Shown here piece after piece: positions 36,413 through 47,800 of a stretch of 64,000 nt of DNA. The position numbers were made by a program, and so were the translations under genes. The DNA is from Marsupella aquatica (taxonomy: Eukaryota; Plantae; Marchantiophyta): assembly GCA_973895155.1 (NCBI GenBank), contig OZ316896.1:3162001-3226000 (forward strand), written 5' to 3'. The notes beneath the pieces were generated by a model. It saw nothing but the letters and a program-made list of their open reading frames with translations. It was not told where the DNA came from and ran no database searches. Each line of letters starts with the position of its first letter. Within the stretch, counting starts at the first letter, position 1.

Positions 36413-37475
36413 GTATAGAGAGACTTTTGCCACACTTCATGTTTATGTTTCAATGTTTGATATGACTAATAAAGCTGTTTGCAGAATACAACTCCTGCTG
36501 GTTGGCAGCATAAGGGGTTCAATTCCCCTTGGGAGTACATGTTACAAAAACACAAAAACATATTTGCATGAGAAGCACATTGTTCTATCTTGTTTACATG
36601 CACGGATGTATAATTATTATCTTTGTTTCTTCCTTCCCATTGCACTTCTCAAAGTTGGTAGTATATGCTACAGCACAAGAAAGGTTCTGAGAGTCACTAT
36701 CTATTGCAACTCTACTGTCTGAAGTACTATGCATGACCAAACAACTTTTATCACCAAACACTTTTATCACCAAACATTGTTTCACATTCAAACCGCAATA
36801 TTCCTTGTAATGATGGCTCATTGGAGTCGGCACTCTGAAAATTTTGCTCATTGTAGTCTCTAAAATGAATCTCTGAAGTCTCTAAAATGGCACCCATTCA
36901 ATTTGGCACATTTCTCTAAAATGGCACTCCAAAATATGGTTCCACCACAATAAACACTTCACATTTGTTTGACCACTATAAGCATTACAACATGAGTCAC
37001 AAAATAACACCAAAAAGCCAAAATAAAAATTGCCAATGTTCTTAGCTATCACATGAGAGTCAAAAGCTTCATCCATAGCTCTTGCCTTGAGTCACAGTAC
37101 TACTGGTGTGAGGTCATCATTTTTCTAATCAGGTCCCGGCCCTCCTCAAGAGAATCACCCCTACAACAATGACAACCATTTTAGAGGAAGTTACACAATG
37201 ACAACCATTTTACAGCAAAATGATACCTATTTCAATGAACTAATTTTATTGCTTATAGTTACTCACATGAAGTATGTTAGCCGAGGTCTTTTATGGAGGC
37301 CTGGCACCACTCCATAAGTACACTGATAGCTATGTTCACCACATGTCAACCCTCCTGCATAAAATCACCCACAAAATTGTACCTTATGATAATTGTCATC
37401 AACATCAATCTACCAATATGCTTACATTGCCACTTGTACAAAATATTTAGCTCATCTCATTACTTTACCTTGGCT

Positions 37476-40400
37476 CTAAGATGGAGGTGGCACTCCATAA
37501 ATACGCTCACTCGTTCGGTCCTTCCAATTAGTGGTTCGGTCCACCAACACTCGTGTTCGACCAGGACGCTCTCTAATAGCAGTATTCACGGGCGTGCGAT
37601 GGTAGACCTTCCACACATGTCGGCGGATATTCTCGTTCCAATCAAGGGCAGCACAACACAAGCGAGCCTCATGAGTAGCCGAGAAATGAATACGCTTGAT
37701 GGCATACTTGCCCATCACAGAGTGATAGGTCTCCGACATGAAGTTCTCCCGAGCCATGATATAAAACCTCATCTTGGAAGGAGTAATATACTTCTTCATG
37801 AACTTTTGCATGGCTAAGTGAGTCTCACCACCTGCATGCACAAAACCCACATTGTGAATCATGTGACCCAACAATAACACCCAAATGATATTAGGACAAC
37901 TATAGTAAGTAACATATATTGATTTGTACCTCGCTCATAATAACGGTCAACCTGGATGGCTCCAGGGTCTCCAAGATGCTGACAAGGTCTATCCGATAGT
38001 CTTGCACATAACGCATGATCGCCAGCCCAATGATCAGCGCAGTTTCCCAACTCAAAGGCCAACGACTCTGCATCTCCCCCACTGCCAAACAAAAAAATTG
38101 TCAAAACTCTATTATATATGCTACTAGACCTCAACCCATATTACAACATTTACACATAAAATGCAAAATCAAAGAAATCACACGGTCCATGCATAAAACA
38201 ATTCACATACCTGGTCCTACAGCGCCGACAACATACATAGAACCACGTCTTCAATTTGGTGGCCAAGTTATGCTGAGACAACTCTGGATACTTTGGACCA
38301 CGAGTCTGAATGTGTACTAGCTCCTCATCAGGTAACCCTCGCATGTCAGCAACTTTATGGACCAGGGCCTCCTTCCTGAGGGTTGAGTACCCTCTCACTC
38401 CTTTTGCCCTCAACCAATCCTGCAACCTTTTAGCAGTAACTGCTTGTAGCTCAGAATGAGAGGTGGCAGTATCGATGTCAATAGTAATAGTGTATGTCAC
38501 ACTCACCATCTTCTCAACAAACTTTTTGACCAAGTTCTTTGCCTTATGCCATAGGTCTTTCTGGTTCCTAATCCCCATATCCTCCACAATAGTATCGATA
38601 GTGGATTTATCATCATGGATAACCTCTGTAATAGATATTCCTACCTCTCTCAAGCTATCCAATGCCTTTTTGGTACCCCTGTCCTCCATGTACCAGGCAT
38701 TTCTCTCCTCTCGCCGAGTAATTGTCACCATCTCAATTACTCTATTATCTTCAGTGTTGAGGATAGAGGTGGTACCATGAAAACCACTCCGAGAAGAATC
38801 CCAACGAGTATCGAGATACACCACCAACCCTGGATCTGTGTCAAACCACACACAAGTACTAAGAATCAAAATTTACGAGAAATTGCATCATGATACTAGA
38901 AATCTATGACTGGTCTTCTAGGGGAACCAACTCACTAACCTGTCTCAGTCGTCCGTCGATACTGAAGCTGGTCCTTCAACTGCTCCCATAGATGATTTTT
39001 GTCTTCCTTCCACTCTTGCTTCACAGCTGCTATCCATCCACCTTGGGGTCGCCCACGACCACTCTGAAAGTCATGCCAATGACCCGCAGTAGGGACATGT
39101 AATCCTAGGTGCGAGGTAACAGAAGCCAAGGATGTGTAGGTCAATCCGGAGCAAAGGGTAGAATGATATAACTTGGGAGTAATCATGGGGGAACTCCTCC
39201 CTGGCTCATTGTCACCTGTAACAAAGGTCCAACCATGTCCATCCACACCACAACCAATACGAATTGACCATAACTGATGCAACTCCCTAACACGCTCAAC
39301 TATCGGAGTCCTCAAACATCCATGTACATGACATCGAGGGAGTAGCCGATCAACAAACGTAACCAGCAAATGGCGATCAAAAAACCCTACTGTAGCTGGC
39401 CGACGGGGTGGTGCTCTACGAGTCGGCTGAGAGTCCGGAACTGGAGCCGGTTGAGAGTCCGGAACTAGAGTGGGCTGAGAGTCCGGAACTGGAGCTGGCT
39501 GAGAGTCCGGAACTAGAGTGGGCTGAGAGTCCAGAACTGGAGCCGACTGAGAGTCCGGAACTGCAATGGGCTGGGAGTCCAGAACTGGAGCCGAGTGAGA
39601 TTCCGGAACGGGAGATGGCTGAATGTCCGGAATTGGAGATGCCTCCTGATATAATAAATCCACAATCTATGTCAATAATTATTTTTGAATTTTCTACAAA
39701 GTTGTTGAAAAGGTGATGGTCATGAAAGATCTCATACCTGAAAGGTATCCCCATCCACAATGTCCAAGGCCCCTAGAGCTGCAAGAGCAACTGGGTCATC
39801 ATCTTGATAAAGAGCGTCATCCTCCGCATCTGAGGCATATTGCTCTGCAATATGTTCCTCCAAGACGTCATCCTCTACTCTATCTGAATCCCATGCCTCA
39901 TGTTGGGCAGTCTGCAAATAGCACAAAGATGAAGTTTAGCAATGAATAGAACCCTAAAACTTTACTAAACCCTAAAGTTGTAAAGTACCAAATTATGAGC
40001 AACACCCATATGTTTGAGTTGTGAAAAATATTGTAGTAATAACATGCCTGGCATGATATATGACTGTGGTAACCCTAAAACATATGAAATTTTTTTATTC
40101 ATGTGTTGGGGTTTCTTACAACAAAACAAACCCTGACTTTGGCAAACCCTAAACTGTTGGTATTTATTAGTAATGACATATTTTCATGGATGTGAGTTAG
40201 GTGAGTATACAGGGGCTCATTACAAAACAGAATTATAACTTAGCAAAACTATGCTCAATTGTCATAATCCAAGCCTAAACCATAAAAATGGTGAAATTGA
40301 AGAAAGGGGACTGTTGGCCGAAATAAAATAGTAACACATGGATACATATATGAATGACACCATAAAAGAGACAATTGTACCTGAAGTGGTGGGTGTGAAG

Positions 40401-40749
40401 GCTGGTCACTGTTGTGCTCAGGTGCGGCTGGAGGTGCTTCGTCCCCCATCAATTGAGTGGCCTCCGCTATACGCCATGCACGGAGTTCCTCAACCCCAGG
40501 TCGTGAGTGATCTAGTAACCATGTGACCACAGTAGAATGCGTGGTATCTGGTCCAAGCAAAGCTCTAAGGTCCTCCCACTCATCCCACCGCTCAAGTGGG
40601 ACCCGGATTTCTGGCTTGGCATCCGGTCTCCGTCTCTTCTTATAATCTATATCATCACTCGGATACCGTCGCCTGGGTGGACCACCCCCTCGTTGGGGAC
40701 GTTTCCGCCTCCCATCCGGAAGATTGGGGGGGCGCGCCCCTGTGCTCAT
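37476..40749 (-). CDS. Kolobok/Mutator-related DDE transposase, six exons, ~793 aa
   Basis: GT-AG exons 40749-40381, 39911-39738, 39645-38940, 38835-38211, 38081-37930 and 37831-37476 join in frame (phases 0,0,1,2,1; 2382 nt). Motifs: C...C...C..GH.W, YLDTRWDS, VIHDD, DLWHKAK, HWAGDHALC, SETYHSVMGKYAIKR, AALDWNEN. Confidence 0.8.
39420..39625 (-). repeat. Coding minisatellite (18/36-bp; P/L-D-S-Q hexapeptides) in the transposase linker
   Basis: Repeated GAGAGTCCGGAACT on the + strand; translates as ...VPDSQPTLVPDSQPAP... Confidence 0.85.
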
Positions 40750-41184
40750 ACTGTCCTATCCTAACGCCAACCTCTAAAATGTACCTAAAACCTAAAAATA
40801 AAAACCTACATATGAAAACTGGAGACCGGATGCCAAGCCCAACCCGGCAAACAAATACAAAATTCTACAAAACAATGCAAAGTCAAAACCGGATGCCAAG
40901 CCCAACCCGGCAAACAAATACAAAATTCTACAAAACAATGCAAAGTCAAAAAATGGAGAGGGAAGAAAAGGAAGGAGCACTAGACCTTGTTTGAACATGT
41001 GAAATATGGCACCCCAACACTTTCCCCCCTCCCTACTAAGACCTCCTCCTCCCTCCTGCTCTGCTCCCTCTTGCTCTGCGCTGCGCTCCCGATCACCTTG
41101 GCTGGAATAGAAACCCTAATCCCATGCTCTGGCCGCCACATTTTTGACCCCACACAGCGGACTTCCCCAAAAAATACAACCACA

Positions 41185-41256
41185 TGCACTGTGGAGATTC
41201 GAACTCAGGACCTCCTGGGTGGCAGGCAGGGTTGTGAACCATCAAGCTAAGGAAAA
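41185..41256 (-). other. Degenerate tRNA(Gly-GCC)-like / SINE-head sequence
   Basis: Minus strand reads TAGCTTGATGG (A box)...CCTGC-CTGCCAC-CCAGG (anticodon arm, GCC)...GAGTTCGAATCTC (B box/T loop). No convincing acceptor stem. Confidence 0.55.
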
Positions 41257-41665
41257 TCTTTGAATGAGGAGATCCCTCAACTGTAAATGAACTAAAAAAA
41301 TACGCCTCAGCCTTGACCATTCCCTGTTCTCTCGGCAGGGCCCGTGTTGTCACCGCACCCTGCCTTCTTCCCTGGCACCCGACACTTTATAAGGCCAGGT
41401 GTCCCCTGCCCGGCCTGCCCGTAAATTTGAATTTCAAATTTACTTCCCCACCCAATCAGAAGCCCCCGTTTGTTATTCACTATTTTCTCATTCATTTTTC
41501 ATCATTTTCTAATGCGGATTTTTCTGGGACGTAGATCTCAGCGAGATCTTCAAAATGAGCCGTAGATCGCTGAGTTTCATGGGCAGATGAGATTATGGTG
41601 AAGGCCGATCGGAGGGCTACCGATGGGCGCCCGTCCGCACTCGCGAGCGTCGAGTTTCTTCAGTG

Positions 41666-41690
41666 AGTACTCCGGGTCACCCGGAGTACT
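41666..41690. repeat. Perfect subterminal palindrome (12-bp arms, 1-nt spacer)
   Basis: AGTACTCCGGGT-C-ACCCGGAGTACT, 18 bp inside the right end of the Kolobok-like element. Confidence 0.9.
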
Positions 41691-42336
41691 TATATTACGA
41701 ATTGTGGTTTAACTTGATGTAGATTTAACACGTAGTATGACATCTCTATCTGACCCTTTCCCATCGTTTCATGGACTTGTAGTAAGACTAGTTAAAGACT
41801 CAACTATTGACTAGTGCACACAATTATTGACATAAACTGTTAGCCAACTTGAGAAAATTAACCACTATAATATGAAATCTGATAAAACCTTTAATTTCCA
41901 TGTTTTGCTTACAAACTGGACAGGAGGGAATAGAATACAAACTGTAAATTAAGCTCTTTTTGCCAAAAGAATGTTGGTTTTGTCCAATAGGGTGCCCAAG
42001 GAAGGTTATGACTACTGTACTGAAAAAGGGCTATGTAATTGTGAGGGGATCATACATTTTACCCAGCCTGTCCTCTCTAATAAATCAAAATCTAAATGTG
42101 TAACATTTGAAATAACTTAGGTAGTATCTTACATCATTCAAGGACTATAATACCACGTTGTGCGCTTTTTGCCGTCAATGGTTGTCATTCAAAATTGGCC
42201 GGGTGTTTTGCGTGGAAAAAATTGACACTGAAAAAAGTGGAAGCTATGAATAGCCAAAAAAAATTGCCATCCTGAGTGCACACGGGAGTGCACAAAAGGT
42301 CCCACGTTGACCCAAGTCTCCCTCGAGCCCCTCAAC

Positions 42337-42813
42337 CCCGGGTATGCAACTCCCCTTTTTATAAGGCAAGTTTTTAATTCCTTATAATGGCCTTATATCC
42401 AATTGACCATCTTAGATTTCATTTTAGTGTACTAAAGTCTTGTACCTCTCAACTCAAGGAATCCAAAAATGTAACTTTAAATAAAAACCAAGCATGTTTT
42501 GATGTACAAATAGTTGATCAAAACCAAATTATATGGGTTTTTTTAATACAGGGGTCTACAGCCAAACTAGCCAGCTTTTTAGGATTTTTATTAAAATTTT
42601 AAAAATATTTTAATAAAAATTAAAACATGTATAGGAATATTTTTTAATTTCATATGGAAAAAGAAGAAAACCAAACCTTTTATATGACTTGAAATTTTTT
42701 AAAAGTGGAAAACCCAGGTTTTTTCAAATTTTAATTATTTTGGATAGCCAACTTTTTAGTCCACATATAAAAATGTAGACCCCTGTCTATTATATAAGAG
42801 TTGCATACCCGGG
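42337..42813. mobile_element. MITE, 477 bp, 16-bp perfect TIR, 8-bp TSD
   Basis: TIR CCCGGGTATGCAACTC / GAGTTGCATACCCGGG. TSD CCCTCAAC at 42329-42336 and 42814-42821. AT-rich interior. Confidence 0.9.
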
Positions 42814-42940
42814 CCCTCAACTCCATGGCACCCAGATGAGCCACAATAAGCCTGACCGCACACGACCTTGCCCTCCGCCCACAACCGTCCCTCCTTGCCA
42901 CAAATACCGCTCCCTCCCTCCCCTTGCCCTGGCCCCGATC

Positions 42941-43240
42941 TGTTGAGTATTGTTCTTAGTCTTGTGACTCTAGGGTTAACCGCAGTTAGGCTAACTCAAG
43001 TTAGGACTTAGCTTAGGTTAGCAGTGATGTATGTTGTATATAACCAGGGCCGATGCCAGCCCCTGGTGGATCTTTAGTTCATTGTTGGAGTGGAGCAAGA
43101 GAAAAGTAAACTAATGTCTCTTCAGTTGCTTTCCCGTGGCATAGCTTCAGTCGTGAGGTGAATCACGTATTCGGTGTGTCGACTACTTTGTATGGTGTTT
43201 ACATGTGCATGGTGTCTTGGGATAAGTATTATCCCCAACA
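42941..43240. mobile_element. Solo LTR (300 bp)
   Basis: TGTTG...CAACA ends with a 5-bp TSD CGATC (42936-42940, 43241-43245) and an internal TATATAA. Confidence 0.9.
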
Positions 43241-44449
43241 CGATCAACTCCCTGCCACCCCTCGCTTGCCTCAAGCCAGCTCCCTTGAATCGCCTCTACC
43301 TACCTGGCCCTTCCTTGACCTGAGCTCCCTTGCCTGCCTTGCCTTGAATTGTGTCCCCCGCCTCGGCCTTGACTGGCCCTCCTCCCTCCTCTTCCCTAGG
43401 GAATCACTTGAATGTTTGATTATTACAAACTAAGGGGTGCAAACATATGAAAGTTATTTTTAATCTTGTTGGGTTAGTAATTATAATAATAATAAACTTG
43501 TCCTGAACTCAAGCAAATGCTCAGTTCAGCCCGAAATAGAAGAGTACTGAAGAAGTCCACAATTATTGGCCTAGCCATCAACGTCTTAATTTGTCGTAAT
43601 TGAGCTCCATTCGTCTGAAAATTGAAAGCAATACAAAGACAAGCTACTTTAGGCGTCCTTCGATCTGAACTGCAGCTTGTGGAATCAAGCTGTACGTACG
43701 TAGTGTGTTTTAGCTGTACGTAGAGAATTTCTTTGCCCGCTAAGAATATGACCTCAGTACGTAGATGTAATTAATTAAAGCGTAAATGGCTTCAAATTCA
43801 ACATTTTGAAATTTCACAAGAACTCAGCGTAGAGTCAGACAAGGGAATCAGATTTCATACTTTATTGACGAGTTGGACAAGGTACATTAATGTTAGCGGC
43901 AAATCGCAAGCTGAGCAGAATACAAACGAGGCCATATCTTACTTCTACGTACCGCTACACACAAATTCGCGTGCAGTCTATCAATCATTCAATCGTCAGT
44001 CAATGTCGCTGACTGCATTGAACAAACGAGCTTATTTTTTACTGGGACAACAGGAATTGTCTTCTAGTAAATCAACGATTAATTGATTCATTGCCAAACA
44101 GAGACCAGATTCTTACGTATCATTATTCATGAGAATCTACTCATACAACTCGTCTACGTATGGCCTGGTAGGAAATTGGTGACTGGCTTATCCACTGATG
44201 ACTAAATCGCTAGCTTTCATTGTCATATCGCCTAATTGTAGAAAATGATCTGACTCGTTCCCTACTTCAGGTTTAATTGGATAGTTCTAGCTGCCCTTCT
44301 TGCCATGTCGTCCCGTGACCATTTATTGGTATTTGTACCACCCTTACAGCTTCATCGACGCGACACAGCTCCAACTTTGTTCGAATCTTTTCCTGCTCGG
44401 TACACGTAGTCTATGAACCCACGCTGCAGCTTGGATGCATCCTGCGAGC

Positions 44450-44857
44450 CTATGCTGCATACTTGCACATGCCAAACTTGCATACGTCCTTCAATGGGCA
44501 CTTGAACTTGTCGCCGCAACCTCCACAGTTGTTGGGGTCGTTGAGAAAATTCGTGCACTTACCTTTGCAGCAAATTGAACCGAGAGGGCAAACATTACCG
44601 CAGATTCCGCAGTTCAACGGGTCGGTCCCGGTGTTAATGCAAAGGCCTGGGAGAATTCCGGTGTTTGGAAGTTTGCAGCAGGAGAAGGGCGATAGGCATG
44701 GAATAAGGCAGTTAGTGGACGCTGCACCTGGCACACCAGTCTCCTGTCCAGCCAGTCGGCGCCGGACAAACGAAGATTCGCCGTTCACACCATCTATGAC
44801 CACGCCTGCCGCAAGTGCCACGAGCAGGAGAGATAGCAGCGTCCCGCGGTAGGCCAT
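44450..44857 (-). CDS. STIG1-family secreted cysteine-rich peptide, subtype B (135 aa)
   Basis: Signal peptide, RRRL, and DPLNCGICGNVC...CCKGKC...DPNNCGGCG...CKFGMCKYAA. Confidence 0.88.
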   Translation of the reverse strand: MAYRGTLLSLLLVALAAGVVIDGVNGESSFVRRRLAGQETGVPGAASTNCLIPCLSPFSCCKLPNTGILPGLCINTGTDPLNCGICGNVCPLGSICCKGKCTNFLNDPNNCGGCGDKFKCPLKDVCKFGMCKYAA

Positions 44858-47800
44858 TGGACGATCGATTGGCTGGAGCTAGCTAGCGAGTAGCGAGAGG
44901 AAGAGATCGAGAGAAACCTGGCGCTCAATCCTGGTTTGCAGTAGCGATGCTGGACTCGATCCTTGGTAAGGTTCAAGTACTCAGCTATGGCTACTGAACT
45001 AGGATTCAGCTGGAGATCGCTAAGCTTTGGTGCGGCGACTGTGCTGGGAGTGAGCTTGAGATCGATGAGCTTCCTTGTCGAAGTGCTGCCGCTTTTAAAC
45101 ATTCCTGCTGCAGTCCGGACCGGCATTGCGCGCTTTTTGCTTTAGCGAGAATGTACGTGATTTCTGGTATAAACTAATGCCATGATCGAGTTTGTGGACG
45201 CTTTCCAGACAATTCGAGTGGCACCTGCCACGACCCTCTTCTCAATATGCGCCGTGGCTGCTTTTTCCGGCTCTGACTTTCCTGTTATTTTGGTTCGGAA
45301 CGAGGCTGTGGCCCGAGCCTCACGTCTGAGGCAAACGCTTGGGCAAACGAAAACATTATTAATTCCAAGGCCCTATGAGAGAGCAATTTTAGTTTAGTTG
45401 AATCTCAGCAATTTGCTTCCGGTCCTGAAACTGTCGACCAGTTCGGGGAAGTGTCTGCAAACTAGATGAGTGAATCTTAGTTCCACAGCGACTGGGATCT
45501 TCCTCCAAGTCTAAGAAATCACACTCCTCTGATTATTTCTCTGTCTAACCCTCGGTCCTCTCGTTTGTCTTTTCTTTTTCCCGAACTTTCCTAAACAGGT
45601 AGTAAGAGAACTTTCAGGCCCAACTATTGCCTGGTGCAAGGGACTGTTGAAACAAAACTCACCCACCGAGCAGAAGTACAAAAAATACTCAGAGTAGGAA
45701 CGCGGGACTACATGAACGAACTGATCGAATTAAAGCCAGGGTATATTTTTGCTGATAAGAAGAATAGCAACAACTGTTCAGATCAGGGACAATTGCACTT
45801 CATTTGAAATTATTGTACTGGGCTCCCAGAACGGATCAAACAGCTATAGCTTTAACATACTAGCGCTATTACAAGCGTATCACCAGAGCGACAAATCAAC
45901 CGACGTAAAATCTGATGAATCGTGACATGCATGTACTGATGAGGAACTAGGGTGCGGGGCTTAATTCAGGATAAACTGCTACGTCCAAAGAGTCTCCAGT
46001 CTGGAACACATTTCGGTCAGAGACACAAAGTACACATGAAGTGTCAACATCACACATGAACTACTTGCTGTCCAACAAAATGTCGCGAACCCGGTCGCGA
46101 AGGCCCTGAGATGACATTGAAAATTTGCAAACACGGAATTCCCTTGACAGCGGATGCATAACTTTGGCGGGGTAACTTTAGTGCAACTTTGATGGATTGC
46201 AAAGTCATTAACTTTTGATAGCTTGACTCAAGCCTTCACAGTAGCACGGCCTAATACAACGAGAGAAAACATACTTGAAAGCTGAGAACATGAAGAGTTC
46301 TGGCATCTTCTTGACTACAATTTGCAGATGTCATCCACACCGCTCAAAAATTTTAGGAAGAAAGGCTCTATGAAAAAATACGTGAAATTCTAGGGAGAAC
46401 GTTCGGGAAAGCGTGTGACATGTCTACCAACAATCGCCAGATATTAAGAAAAACTGGGTCGCACAAAATTAATTAATTAATTAGAGCCACTTACATTAGA
46501 ATTTTCATTGAAATATAATGACACTTCTGCCATTCTTATCAGGATAGCAAACGCCAATGAAATTAAGCCTGGCATCCCGTCTCCTTGCAGACTGAGGGAG
46601 AAACGTTGTTGACTAATCATTGATGTAAATCAAACGCTGCTTTATGTCGGTACAACCCCATCCATGAAAGTAGAAAAGGAGAAGATACGAAGGTTCTACA
46701 GTGATGTCAATTCAACTGGGACCGGATAGAACCAAGGAACAAGCTCCACTACAGTAAAACCAAGGATGGCATACGACGTAAGTCCTCGCAATATCGCATT
46801 ATGCCATGCAGGTTATAAATCTGAACATAAATCGTGATTGGGCTCCTTTCCCCTCAAAGCAAAGTTCTCTAGGGTGTGAATAGCTCTGTTCTAAGCAATC
46901 AATCCAGAAGCACCAATTGGGTGCATTTTCAAACGGTTGTTAGCCAATTCTGGGAGTTGAGCTCAATTACAGCAGAACCTAAACTCTTCGTGCACCAGCG
47001 TGTCCTTAATTCTCAGTGCGAAATTCATGCATTCCAATCTCTGACTACCCAGGAACAGGGGAGATTAAAAACTAGGCACGTTATGATTCATGCATCATTA
47101 CCCATTTAGAATTCATTGACACAATTTTAATAGCCCAAATTGATGCTCTGGTTGAAGATTTATGAGCAGTTTTAGTGTTTGTAGGTAAGTATACAAATTC
47201 CGGTCTGAACACAAGAGAATTGGCAAAAACCCACTTATTACCGATGGAAAATACAAATACTCTACTATTGTCTCTTTTGTAAGTAGGATTTAAGAACACC
47301 AATATCAAACTAGGTAAGTCACACATAAGGTAGGATAAATTTGATTTCCGACAGGGGCATGTGGCACAACGAAGATCAAACTGGATTGAACTGAGAGTTC
47401 AAGCTCGTGCACAATGAGCCAATGATGACTTGAGTTGGACAAAATGAAGCCTGGTCCAATTCAGTACTCTTTGTTACTCAGTTCTCCCGCAGGGCTATTG
47501 ACGAAACTCCTGCAATTTCACGAAGAGACTCAAACCTGTCGAGGTACTTCCTGGTGCGGGGGCTGTCGAGGGAGATATTCGATATTTAATTACGTTCAAC
47601 TCTAGAGGGGCTTTATATAAACCAAGCTAGGCTATTCGTTTTTATATCATCTCTGTCGTGAGAGTCTAGCTATAATTGACAAAACCTCTCCCAACTGAGG
47701 AACACGATAGCAACCAGAGTTTGATGTACAACACCCGGTACATCAATGATTAGTCAACAATGTTTCTCCCTCTTCCAGGAGACGGGATGCGGCTTAAATT

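Larger units (their letters stand above)
34649..41708. mobile_element. Kolobok-like DNA transposon, apparently full length (~7.06 kb)
   Basis: TTAA at 34645-34648 and 41709-41712. Imperfect TIR: ACCACCACTCGGGGTATAA vs reverse complement ACCACAATTCGTAATATAA (14/19). Contains convergent KolX-like and DDE transposase genes. Confidence 0.72.

Noticed and set aside
39950-40155. Telomere-like AAACCCTAA motifs
   Set aside because: Only scattered single motifs within an intron, not an interstitial telomeric array.
41185-41256. Functional tRNA-Gly gene
   Set aside because: The acceptor stem is missing and the T and D stems are imperfect; kept only as tRNA-like.
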